Shown in pieces: positions 36,735 through 45,386 of a stretch of DNA of 64,000 nt. The stretch lies in the NCBI GenBank assembly GCA_965248575.1, contig CBDFJQ010000002.1:1-64000 (forward strand), in the 5' to 3' direction. Made by a program: the position numbers and the translations under genes. Numbering within the stretch: position 1 is the first letter of the stretch; every line of letters starts with the position of its first letter. The stretch comes from Planctomycetota bacterium (GTDB lineage: Bacteria; Planctomycetota; B15-G4). The notes below the pieces were generated by a model. That model worked only from the letters and a program-made list of their open reading frames with translations, did not search any database and had not been told where the DNA came from.

Positions 36735-38164
36735 GGAGCGGACGGGGGTTCGGGTGATCCGTCGGCATCATCGGGCACCGTTTCGGCGCTGGCCTCGAGT
36801 GACGTGTCCGTGCCCTGTGTCGTCGATCCGCTGTTCTTCGTGACGATCCGGCGCCTGCGGGCCATGCGACTTCCGCGGGCAACCAAGGCTGAACGGCGTT
36901 CGCGCCACTGCCCCACTGCGACGAGCAACACGATCGCAGCGACGACGCCCACGATGACCCTCATCAGGACGGGGGTGAGCTCGTCCTTGCCAGGGACGAA
37001 GCGTTCGATGCTGCGGCTGGGGATGACCGCCACCATGCGCGGGTGGTTGGCCTTGTTCTCGAAGGAGAAGCGTCGGAAGAACGTGCCCTTCACGTCGACG
37101 ATGTCTCCCTCGGCGACACCTTCCGGCTTGTCGAGACACATGACGAGCATGGTTCCTGCATCGCCAGAGCGGGTGTCGGAGACCCAGAGCTGCCACACGA
37201 AGGGGTCCCCCAGCGGGTTCTCTCCCCGCGGCCCCAGGGGGGCTTCCTTCATGTACATGAGCACGCCGGTCATGTGCACGGAGCGTCCGCGCCAGTAGCC
37301 CGGGTCCTGGAGCAGCAGGTGCGGCATGGTCTCCGTCGGCGGGTCGTGCTCGGGAAACATCACGTCCAAGGGTGCGTGGGTGACGTAGCTCAGCAGTGTG
37401 TAGTACGCGAGGCTATCGAGGGGGCGGTTGGCCAGGGTCAGGCTGTGGTCCTGCACGCTCTCAAAGAGGTCCGCCGGCATTTCGAGCACGGGGTCCATGA
37501 GGTAGGAGGACGCCAGGATCTCCTCGCCGACGATCAAGGGTGCCCGCACGAACTCCGTGTTCGGCTTCACCATGTCGTGCTGCTTCAGGTAGAAGCCTGC
37601 AAGGCGCACGACGTCACCGACCTCGATGTCCCAAGGCTGGGTGAGCACAGCGAATGTCCACGGCCTACCAGTCTCGTCGTTGATCTGTCCGCGGTAGTAG
37701 CGCAGTCGCCCGACTTGCTCGGTGTCCATCCACTTGAGTTGCCCCAAGACCGAGAAGACGTTGCCACGCTGGGCGCTCGAGTCCTGGGCGAGTTCGTCCC
37801 AGTCACCGTCGCGCATACCCAGCTGTTCGAGGTCGCCGTAGGCCAGCTTGCCCGCTTGCTCAAGCAGGTGGACCAGGGCGTCTTGCTCCAGGTAGGCGCG
37901 CTCGGCATCCGACGAGTCGCGCACCGTCCCCATGAGCCCGGTGTCCACGCGTGCTGCTGGGGGCAGCGGATCCGCGGGGGTGTCCAGGGCGTCGATGGAC
38001 TCGCTGGCCTGGCGCAGCGGCCCTGCCTTCGGGCGCATGATGCGCCAAGCGCCGTAGACGATGACGATGGCGAGCAGGTAGACGAACACTCGCCGCTTGA
38101 ACTGTTTGTTCAGTTCGCTGGCGCGCTTGCCTTGGGCGGCTTGGCCGATGCGTGTGCGATCCAC
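36731..38164 (-). CDS. Two-TM hypothetical protein with two OB-fold-like repeats
   Basis: TM helices at both ends; two similar modules (RG.V...G.L...GD.V...G.F/Y); ATGA overlap with aroB. Confidence 0.7.
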   Translation of the reverse strand: MDRTRIGQAAQGKRASELNKQFKRRVFVYLLAIVIVYGAWRIMRPKAGPLRQASESIDALDTPADPLPPAARVDTGLMGTVRDSSDAERAYLEQDALVHLLEQAGKLAYGDLEQLGMRDGDWDELAQDSSAQRGNVFSVLGQLKWMDTEQVGRLRYYRGQINDETGRPWTFAVLTQPWDIEVGDVVRLAGFYLKQHDMVKPNTEFVRAPLIVGEEILASSYLMDPVLEMPADLFESVQDHSLTLANRPLDSLAYYTLLSYVTHAPLDVMFPEHDPPTETMPHLLLQDPGYWRGRSVHMTGVLMYMKEAPLGPRGENPLGDPFVWQLWVSDTRSGDAGTMLVMCLDKPEGVAEGDIVDVKGTFFRRFSFENKANHPRMVAVIPSRSIERFVPGKDELTPVLMRVIVGVVAAIVLLVAVGQWRERRSALVARGSRMARRRRIVTKNSGSTTQGTDTSLEASAETVPDDADGSPEPPSAP

Positions 38165-38173
38165 GAAGGAGGC

Positions 38174-38893
38174 CTAGACCGTGGCGACCGGAGCGTCGCA
38201 GGCCGAGACCAGGGCTCGGAAGAGAGCCTGCTGGCCTGCGTCTTCCGGCATGCGCTCGGGATGCCACTGAACACCGAGCAAGAAGCGGTGCCCGGGGAGT
38301 TCGCAGGCTTCGATGACGTCGTCCTCCGTCCAGGCGCTGGCAATCAAACCTCGGCCAAGCCTACCGATCGCCTGGTGGTGGGCGCTGTTGGTCGGGAAGG
38401 ATGCCCCCAGCAGCCGCCCGATGGCCGAGTTCGGGTCGGCCCGCACCGCATGGGGCGCGGCTTCAAAGCCGGCGCTGTGGTTGAGGATCTGGGAGCCGAG
38501 ATCGGGCAGATGCTGGATCACGGAGCCGCCGGCCACCACGTTCAGGGTTTGCATGCCTCCGCAGATGGCCAGGCAGGGCAGCTCGTGCTCCAGCACGGCA
38601 TGGCAGACAGCCAGCTCGGTGGCCTGGCGCGCAGGGTGCATGAGTTCGGCCTTGGGGTGCAGTGGCTCCTGCCAAAGCACGCTGTCGAGGTCCTCGCTGC
38701 CCGTCAGGACGAGGCCGTCGAGACGGGCCAGCACGTCCTCCAGGCCTGGGAGACCCTTGCCCCGGGCGGTTTCCAGGAAGGGCAGCGCGACGGGGATCGC
38801 CCCGGCCCGGTGCAGCGCCTGCACATAGGGAGGACGGACGACGGGTTGCCCGTCAGGCTCTGAACTACAGGTCACACCGATGAAGGGCCGCAT
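38174..38893 (-). CDS. Gamma-glutamyl-gamma-aminobutyrate hydrolase family (peptidase C26, PuuD-like)
   Basis: Motifs RP.IGVT, LDGLVLTG, LAICGGMQ.LNV..GG, NS.HHQA and GVQWHPE. Confidence 0.93.
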   Translation of the reverse strand: MRPFIGVTCSSEPDGQPVVRPPYVQALHRAGAIPVALPFLETARGKGLPGLEDVLARLDGLVLTGSEDLDSVLWQEPLHPKAELMHPARQATELAVCHAVLEHELPCLAICGGMQTLNVVAGGSVIQHLPDLGSQILNHSAGFEAAPHAVRADPNSAIGRLLGASFPTNSAHHQAIGRLGRGLIASAWTEDDVIEACELPGHRFLLGVQWHPERMPEDAGQQALFRALVSACDAPVATV

Positions 38894-38901
38894 GGCGCGA
38901 G

Positions 38902-38909
38902 ATTATAGT
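38902..38909. promoter_or_regulatory. Overlapping bidirectional -10 boxes
   Basis: ATTATAGT gives TATAAT on the minus strand (8 nt before ATG 38893) and TATAGT on the plus strand (7 nt before ATG 38917). Confidence 0.65.
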
Positions 38910-38916
38910 GACGCGC

Positions 38917-40233
38917 ATGGCCTCCGTGACACCTCACTCTGATCACCAAGACAGGATTCCTCTCTCCGCCCATGGGGCTCCAACCCTGAGCGACCCTTCA
39001 CCCTTCGCGGCCTTTGACGCCTTGCTGGACCTGGAGCGAAGCCGCGCCTTCCATGCCGGCCAGAAGGCGCTGAGCCTGGCGTGCATGGGAGACCTGCTGG
39101 ACGCCTTGGATTTCTCCCCCGGCGAGGACTTCTCGGCCTGCGTGCACGTGGCCGGAAGCGAAGGCAAGACAAGCGTGAGCGAGTCCGTGGGCGCCGGACT
39201 GCGGGCGGCTGGCTTGGCCACGGGGGTCTACACCTCGCCGCATTTGCGCGACCCTCGGGAAAGGATGCGTTTGGATGGGCGTCTTCCAGACTCGGCTGCG
39301 GTGCGCTCGTCGGTGGAGGCTGTCTGGCTCGCTGGCGAGGGGCGGGGCCTCAAACCCAGTTGGTTCGAGGCGATGACCGCCACCGCTTGGCAGCTCTTCC
39401 GCAGCTCGGGCGCCCAGGCCGCCGTCTGGGAAACGGGCTTGGGAGGGCGGCTGGATGCCACCCGCCTGTTGCCGGCGCACGTGTGTGTCATCACGTCGAT
39501 CAGCCTGGAGCACACGGCGATCCTGGGGCACGAGCTGGCGGCCATCGCCCGCGAAAAGGCCGGAATCGTGCGACCGGGAGTGCCGCTCGTGGCCGGTCGT
39601 TGGCTTGCCGACGAGGTGCTGGATGTCTTTCGCGAGGTCACCGAAGGAGCAGGGTCGCCGCTGCTGCTGGTGGAGCCCGACACGCACGGCGAGGGCCCGG
39701 AGTGGGCAGCGCGGAATCGTGCGCTGGCCTACGCGGCGCTCGAGGCCGTGTCGGGCAACGAAGCCGCCGGCCCTGTGAGGGTCTGGCCCTGGGCCGAGGT
39801 GCGCGCCGCCTTGGGCGCACACCGCGCGGAGGGCCGCGACGAGTTCCTCGAGGGGGTGCTCTACGACGGCGCCCACACCGTGGCCGCGGTGGAGGGGCTC
39901 GCCCGGCGCCTGAACGGTTCCGGCCCCGTGCTCTTCGGCGCCACCTCCGGTCGGGATGTGCTGCGTATGGCCTCGGCCCTGCTGCCCGTCGCGAACCCCC
40001 TGGTGCTGACCAGGGCGCCAGGGAGCCGGGGTGAGGATCCGGCGGAGATCGCCCGGGCACTGCGGGAGCAGGGTCTTCGGGGAGATGTGTGGGTGGTGGA
40101 CGACCCCCATGAAGCCCTTGCCCAGGCCCGCCGCTGGGCCTCAGGCCCAAAATCTGATTCGCACCCGATCACGGTGACAGGTTCTCTGCACCTGATCGGT
40201 CTGTTGTTGCCTTCCCAGGAATCGCCTACGTGA
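38917..40233 (+). CDS. folC: Folylpolyglutamate/dihydrofolate synthase
   Basis: Motifs VHVAGSEGK, G.YTSPHL...ER, FE..TA, ETGLGGRLDAT, I.LEH..LG..L..IA.EKAGI, DGAH and TGSL. Confidence 0.92.
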   Translation: MASVTPHSDHQDRIPLSAHGAPTLSDPSPFAAFDALLDLERSRAFHAGQKALSLACMGDLLDALDFSPGEDFSACVHVAGSEGKTSVSESVGAGLRAAGLATGVYTSPHLRDPRERMRLDGRLPDSAAVRSSVEAVWLAGEGRGLKPSWFEAMTATAWQLFRSSGAQAAVWETGLGGRLDATRLLPAHVCVITSISLEHTAILGHELAAIAREKAGIVRPGVPLVAGRWLADEVLDVFREVTEGAGSPLLLVEPDTHGEGPEWAARNRALAYAALEAVSGNEAAGPVRVWPWAEVRAALGAHRAEGRDEFLEGVLYDGAHTVAAVEGLARRLNGSGPVLFGATSGRDVLRMASALLPVANPLVLTRAPGSRGEDPAEIARALREQGLRGDVWVVDDPHEALAQARRWASGPKSDSHPITVTGSLHLIGLLLPSQESPT

Positions 40234-43160
40234 ATGCATCGTTTCTCTGCCTCTTGAGTGCCGTGCTGGCTGGCTTGGCGGGCACTCTTCTCGAGCTCAG
40301 CTGGCTGCGCTCGGCGGCCGCCGCGCTGCCCGGGACCTTGCCTGCAGCGGCTCTTGTGGTGCCGGTGTTCCTCGTGGCATGGAGCGGAGGCTCGATGCTG
40401 GCTGGACGGCTTCAGGATCGCTCCCCCGATCCGCTGGGACTGGCGGCGCGCTGGTTGGGTGCGTGTGCTGTGGCTGCTTTGGGGATGCCTTGGGTGTTCG
40501 AGCGCCTGCTGCCGTTGGGAAGCCTGGATTCGGTGGCCATGCGGGTGCTGGTGGGCGGCTTGCCCGTGGCGCCGGCGGCTTTCGGGCTCGGAGGCGCGCT
40601 GCCCTTGTTTGCCCGTTATCGGCGGGGGCAGGGTAGCCCCGCCGCTCAGGCGACCGGTGGTGTGGCGGCCAGCGTGGCTGCAGGCGGGGCGCTCGGGGCC
40701 TGGGGTTGGATTCCCTTGCTCCAAGGGGGCGGCTCAGCAGTGCCAACCGCTGCCGCTGCATTGGCCGGCGCGGCTGGCGTAGCGTGGTTCTTGCAGCTGT
40801 CCACCCGCTCGCAGCCCCAGCGGCTGGACCCGGTAGAGCCCCCGCTAGAGTCCTCGGCGGAGCCCCTGGCTGGCACCCCGCAGCCGGAGTCAGCGGCCCG
40901 TGGGTTGGATCTCGGCCTGGCGGCCTTCGTCGGCGGGGCACTTCTCGTCGGCGGTCAGTTGGCGATGTTGCGCGTTGCAGCCCAGTCCCGCGGGGACAGC
41001 ATGGCCACCACGTCCCAGGTCCTGGCTGGATTGCATGTGGGCATGGCCTTGGGAGCCCTGTGGATGTGCCTACCCGCACGCCGCCTTTCAGCACGTGGAC
41101 TCGTGGGCTTGCTGCTTGGGCTCGCCGCCCTTGGCTTGCTGACGCCCAGCCTGGCTTCGGCATCGTTGGCCGGCGGCGCCTCCCAGGTCGATGGTTGGTG
41201 GCTGGCACTCTTGCTGACGGTGCCCCTGGGTGTTGGCGCTGGCTCCTTGGTGACTGCAGCAAGCCGCGCACCTGTTCGATCACGAGGGCGCCTGGGTTCT
41301 TGGGTCGGGGACCTCGCGGCGTGGTCCACCCTGGGCGGTGTCCTGGGAGGCTTCGCCTACGGAACCGTGTTGGCTCCCGCGCCGGAGTGGGGCACCGGTG
41401 CTGCGCTCCAGCTCATGGCCTGTGTGGCGCTCGCTGCAGCCGCGCTCCTGTCGTTGAGGACTCTGGCGGTGGCGGGCCAGCGGCCGACAGCGCTGATCCT
41501 GCTCGTGCTGGTGGGAGGTCTCGGGAGCCTGGCCTGGCGCACGCCTGCCTTGGAGATGCCGTGGCAGGCGGACAGCAGCGAAGTGAAGTTGGTGAGGCAG
41601 CTCGAAGGGCCGTACGGCGTGGTCAGTCTGGTCGCCACGCAGGACGGGGATCTGCGACTCAAGTTGGACAACCGCTTTGGCTTCGGCGGCTCCAGCGGCG
41701 CCGCCTTGGAACAACGCATGGGCCGGCTTGCCGCCTGCTTCCAACCCAGCGCGGAACGCGCGCTAGTGTTGGGCATGGGGCGCGGGCAGACCCTGGCTGG
41801 GTTCGTCTCGACGACGCCCGCAAGGGTGGATTGCGTCGAACGCAACCAACAGGTCCTGGACCTGGGACTCGAGCTGCCACTCGTGGGTGACACGCTGCCC
41901 GTCGCAGGGCCGCCCAACATCGTGCATGCCGATGCCCGCAGCTGGATGGCGCAGAAGCCCGGCACCTACGACCTGATCGTCGGGGACCTCTTCTACCCCT
42001 GGGTGACGGGGGCGGGAGACCTGTTGTCCCGGGAGCATTTCCACGAACTGCGCCGCAGTCTTCGGGACGGGGGTGTGGCGGTGCAGTGGATCCCGCTCCA
42101 CCAGCTGCCCTGGCCCGCGTTCGGTTCCGTGGCGCGGGCGTTCATGGACGCCTTTCCGACGGCGCGTCTGTTTCTCGCAACACCGCTCGCCGACCGGCCG
42201 GTGGTGGCCTTGGTCGGGGGCATGCGCGACGGCTTGCCGGATGGGGCCACGGTGACGGAGATGCTCTCCGCGGCGCCATCTCCCGCGGGGCCGTCCGTTG
42301 TCGAGGATGTGTACGACCTCTATGTGGCGGATGCCTGGGCTCTCGGCAACAGCTTCCTGGACGTGGAGCCCGCCTCGCGGAAACGCCCCGTGTCCGAGCT
42401 CATGAGCCTGGGGCGCTTCGAAGATGAAGCCTGGATTGGCGCGACGAACATGCGCCTCTTGTCCGAGCTGGTGCTGCCCTTGGACACATCGGCGGTCGGC
42501 GGTGCTCCCATTGATCCCTTCAAGAACAGGACACTCGGGGTCGAACTCGCAGCGCGCAGCGGCGCCTTGAAGGCGATGCTCCTGTCCCGGGCAGCACAGC
42601 TTCAGACGGCGCTGCCGGATGTGGCGCAGGACACGCGGGAGCAGGCGGACCTGTTGGCATCCTCAGCGTTGATGGAAGCTTGGCGTGTGGCGCCCTTGCA
42701 CATGGATGTGCGGCGTGCGCTTGTGGAACGCGCCCGGCTGCTAGCCACGAAGCACCGCGCGCTTGAGGGAGCGCAGCTGATGCGAGCCGCCTTGGATGTG
42801 ATCAGCGATCCTGCCTTGGCAGGCGTCCTGGGCAGCCTGTTCCTGCAACTCGAAATGATGGACGAAGCGGCTGACCTGTTGGGGCAGGTGTGGGCCGTCC
42901 AGGCCGCTGATCGTGTGGTGCTGTTCGACTATGCGACGGCGCTTCTGCACGCAGGGCGCGACGCGGATGCCGCCAAGATGTTGCGCAAGATCATCAACCG
43001 TTCGGGCTCGCGCGGTCTGCCGCAGACGCACGCCATCGGGCTGGGTCTGATCGAGGGAGATCTGGCCGCACTCCCGGCCGCGGACAGCCTGTTGGAGAGC
43101 TTGCCGCCTGAGTCGCTCTGGGCCCGGACCTTGGGTCGACTCCGGGCGCGCCTGCCTTAG
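40230..43160 (+). CDS. Fused multi-TM / spermidine-synthase-like SAM-binding domain protein with C-terminal TPR
   Basis: About 12 TM helices (LELSWLR, G..LP, STLGGVLG), then ALVLGMGRG.T, DCVE, DAR, YDLIVGD and QW.PL; GTGA overlap with folC. Confidence 0.82.
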   Translation: MNASFLCLLSAVLAGLAGTLLELSWLRSAAAALPGTLPAAALVVPVFLVAWSGGSMLAGRLQDRSPDPLGLAARWLGACAVAALGMPWVFERLLPLGSLDSVAMRVLVGGLPVAPAAFGLGGALPLFARYRRGQGSPAAQATGGVAASVAAGGALGAWGWIPLLQGGGSAVPTAAAALAGAAGVAWFLQLSTRSQPQRLDPVEPPLESSAEPLAGTPQPESAARGLDLGLAAFVGGALLVGGQLAMLRVAAQSRGDSMATTSQVLAGLHVGMALGALWMCLPARRLSARGLVGLLLGLAALGLLTPSLASASLAGGASQVDGWWLALLLTVPLGVGAGSLVTAASRAPVRSRGRLGSWVGDLAAWSTLGGVLGGFAYGTVLAPAPEWGTGAALQLMACVALAAAALLSLRTLAVAGQRPTALILLVLVGGLGSLAWRTPALEMPWQADSSEVKLVRQLEGPYGVVSLVATQDGDLRLKLDNRFGFGGSSGAALEQRMGRLAACFQPSAERALVLGMGRGQTLAGFVSTTPARVDCVERNQQVLDLGLELPLVGDTLPVAGPPNIVHADARSWMAQKPGTYDLIVGDLFYPWVTGAGDLLSREHFHELRRSLRDGGVAVQWIPLHQLPWPAFGSVARAFMDAFPTARLFLATPLADRPVVALVGGMRDGLPDGATVTEMLSAAPSPAGPSVVEDVYDLYVADAWALGNSFLDVEPASRKRPVSELMSLGRFEDEAWIGATNMRLLSELVLPLDTSAVGGAPIDPFKNRTLGVELAARSGALKAMLLSRAAQLQTALPDVAQDTREQADLLASSALMEAWRVAPLHMDVRRALVERARLLATKHRALEGAQLMRAALDVISDPALAGVLGSLFLQLEMMDEAADLLGQVWAVQAADRVVLFDYATALLHAGRDADAAKMLRKIINRSGSRGLPQTHAIGLGLIEGDLAALPAADSLLESLPPESLWARTLGRLRARLP

Positions 43161-43199
43161 GCTCTCCGGGTTGCCCCGCCGTTCAAGACGGCTGGGGCC

Positions 43200-44006
43200 C
43201 TAGTTCTGGGGGCGAGGCTGACGCCGGCCGCGGGTGCGGTGCTTGGCTTTGGCCGGGGCGGCCGAACCCAGCTTGATCACCACCTCGGACGAGTCACGCA
43301 GGGTGGAGATCTCCTCCGGAGTCAGCTCGCGCGTCTCCCCGGGTTCCAGCAAGCCCATCTCGATCGGGCCGATGCCGATGCGTTGCAGGCGACGCACTTC
43401 GTGCCCGAAGCGCGCGCAGACCCGGCGGATCTCGCGCTTCATGCCTTCGTTGAGGCGCACCTCGAGGTAGGCGCGGTTGCGCATGCGCTTGACGACGCGA
43501 ATGTCCAGGGATCCCGTGCGGCCCTCGGAGAGCCAGACGCCCTTGCGCATGCGCGCCAGGACCTCTTCGGTGGGAGCGCCCTCGACCTCCACGATGTAGG
43601 TCTTCTGGACCTGGAAGCTGGGGTGCGTCACTCGGTGGCAGAGTTCGCCATCGTTGGTCAGGATGATGGCGCCCTCGGACTCCACGTCGAGGCGTCCGAT
43701 GCTGAACAGGCGGTGGTCACGCACCCGCGACGGGAGGAAATCCACGGCTCGCGGACGCTCGGGGTCGCCCTTGGAGCTGCAGATGACGCCCTTGGGCTTG
43801 TTGAGCATGTAGTAGAAGCGGCGGGGCATGCTCACCCGCTCCGAATCGCAACGGATCTCCTGCGACTCGGGATCCACGCGGACGCCCAGTTCCGTGACGG
43901 TCTGCCCGTCCACCTCGACGCGACCCTCGACGATCATCTCCTCGCAGGCTCTCCGGGAGCCAACACCGCAAGCGGCCATCACCTTTTGCAAACGTTCGAA
44001 GGGCAT
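43200..44006 (-). CDS. rRNA pseudouridine synthase (RluB/RsuA family)
   Basis: S4 domain RLQK.MA..GV.SRR; NKPKG; catalytic GRLD; EG.KREIRR. Confidence 0.95.
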   Translation of the reverse strand: MPFERLQKVMAACGVGSRRACEEMIVEGRVEVDGQTVTELGVRVDPESQEIRCDSERVSMPRRFYYMLNKPKGVICSSKGDPERPRAVDFLPSRVRDHRLFSIGRLDVESEGAIILTNDGELCHRVTHPSFQVQKTYIVEVEGAPTEEVLARMRKGVWLSEGRTGSLDIRVVKRMRNRAYLEVRLNEGMKREIRRVCARFGHEVRRLQRIGIGPIEMGLLEPGETRELTPEEISTLRDSSEVVIKLGSAAPAKAKHRTRGRRQPRPQN

Positions 44007-44165
44007 GGGAGGGAGACCTGCAAGGGGCACGAGGAGGCGCTCAAGCCGCACGCGCCCGTCCCGTCGTGGGGGATCCCCGTTGGGAGGACCTCGTGTGGGG
44101 GACCTGAAGGCGGCGGCTTTTGGGGCGCGAAGGCGACCCTGCAGTGTCTCAGAACCGCCGGCGAG

Positions 44166-44222
44166 CGCAACCCCCTCGGCCGACCGTTTCCATGCCAGGC
44201 CTTGCGGCCGCAGGGGGTTGCG
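44166..44222. repeat. Long inverted repeat / stem-loop
   Basis: CGCAACCCCCT-CGGCCG ... CGGCCG-c-AGGGGGTTGCG: 17 bp with one bulge, lying between the 64-aa gene and the pseudouridine synthase gene. Confidence 0.6.
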
Positions 44223-44284
44223 TCAGGAGCCGAGCTGGGATCAGCCCGCGCTCGCGGGGCCCATCACAGGTCCTACGCGAAGCA

Positions 44285-44479
44285 TCAGAACGCGTGGTGG
44301 ATCTTCTCGAGGAGCTTCACCAGCTCCTCATCGAGCTGCTCTTCGCTGAAATCGCTGTCAGCAGCCAAGCGGCCACGCCACAACTCGACCATGCGGTCGA
44401 TGGATTGCTCGTCCGGCTCGCCAGAGAGCTTGCGGCGGTGTTCCTGGAGTTCATTCCAGTCCATCTTGCTGTCGTGCAT
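44285..44479 (-). CDS. 64-aa acidic helical protein, possibly FlgM-like
   Basis: GC3-rich codons and an AT-rich upstream region; the C-terminal half resembles the FlgM sigma-binding helices. Confidence 0.6.
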   Translation of the reverse strand: MHDSKMDWNELQEHRRKLSGEPDEQSIDRMVELWRGRLAADSDFSEEQLDEELVKLLEKIHHAF

Positions 44480-44497
44480 TGGAGAGGATCCGTCTGG

Positions 44498-44584
44498 TTA
44501 TATGAAGCTCCGTGTATATCGATGGACGTTTATAAATACTTGATCGCATATGTCGGGGCAGTTGGGCTGTTTGTCACTCAAACA
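44498..44584 (-). promoter_or_regulatory. AT-rich promoter region with a palindromic operator candidate
   Basis: 36 of 54 bases are A/T at 44498-44551; TGTTTG-N5-CAAACA at 44568-44584; TCAAG-N15-ATCGATAT on the minus strand. Confidence 0.5.
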
Positions 44585-44744
44585 CGGCTTGGTGGCCTGA
44601 ATTGCGCCATCAAGAAGAGTTGGGATTGGAGTGATGGAAGCCCGCTGTGCAGCCGTTGGTTGAGGATCCCTTCCCTGGGGAAGGGGCCCCTGGCGTCGAA
44701 ACCGAGGACGAGGCGGCGCAGCGGGGGAGGCTGGAGCCTTGGCC

Positions 44745-45302
44745 TCAGGCTCGGGCGTACAGGTGGATCGCCGAGCGGCCGTAGGTCCGGGAGCGGTCCA
44801 GCACCCAGCCAGCCATGTGCGGGACGGGAGCTCGTTCTGCGGGCGCATGCCAGGCCAGGACCGCGTCCGGGGCCAAGACCCCTGGCTGCTCGAGGCATTC
44901 GGGGAGGGGGGCCTCCCGCACGAACGGCGGGTCGGCGTTGACCAGCGTGTACTGCTCGCGCCCCGTGGCGACGTAGCGCAGGGCATCGATGGCCAGGATC
45001 TCAGCCTCCGAGGGCCCCAGGGCGCACGCTGCGATGTTGCGGCGAAGACAGGCCAGGGCCGCCCGATTCTGCTCCACGAAGCGCACGTGGGCGGCTCCGC
45101 GGCTCAGCGCCTCCAGCCCCAGGGCGCCCGACCCGGAGTACAGGTCGAGGACCCGGGCTTCGGGAACCACCGAGGTGAGCATGTTGAAGAGAGCCTGGCG
45201 AACCAGGGAGCGTGTGGGCCGTGTGCCGCGGCCGGCGGGCACATCCAGCTTGCGTCCTCGGAAGCGACCGCCAGAAATCGTGGGGCGACTGGATGCAGGC
45301 AT
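44745..45302 (-). CDS. rsmD: 16S rRNA m2G966 methyltransferase
   Basis: Motifs ISGGRFRGRKL, TRPT...VR.ALFN, VLDLYSGSGALGLEALSRGA and DPPF. The 751-aa ORF-track extension is antisense to the vWA gene. Confidence 0.95.
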   Translation of the reverse strand: MPASSRPTISGGRFRGRKLDVPAGRGTRPTRSLVRQALFNMLTSVVPEARVLDLYSGSGALGLEALSRGAAHVRFVEQNRAALACLRRNIAACALGPSEAEILAIDALRYVATGREQYTLVNADPPFVREAPLPECLEQPGVLAPDAVLAWHAPAERAPVPHMAGWVLDRSRTYGRSAIHLYARA

Positions 45303-45386
45303 GGGGGCTACCGAGGAGTGCAACGAAACCAGAATGGGCGGGGCATGATAGAAAGCTCGACCCTTCCTGGTCTCCCGTGAGCTTTG

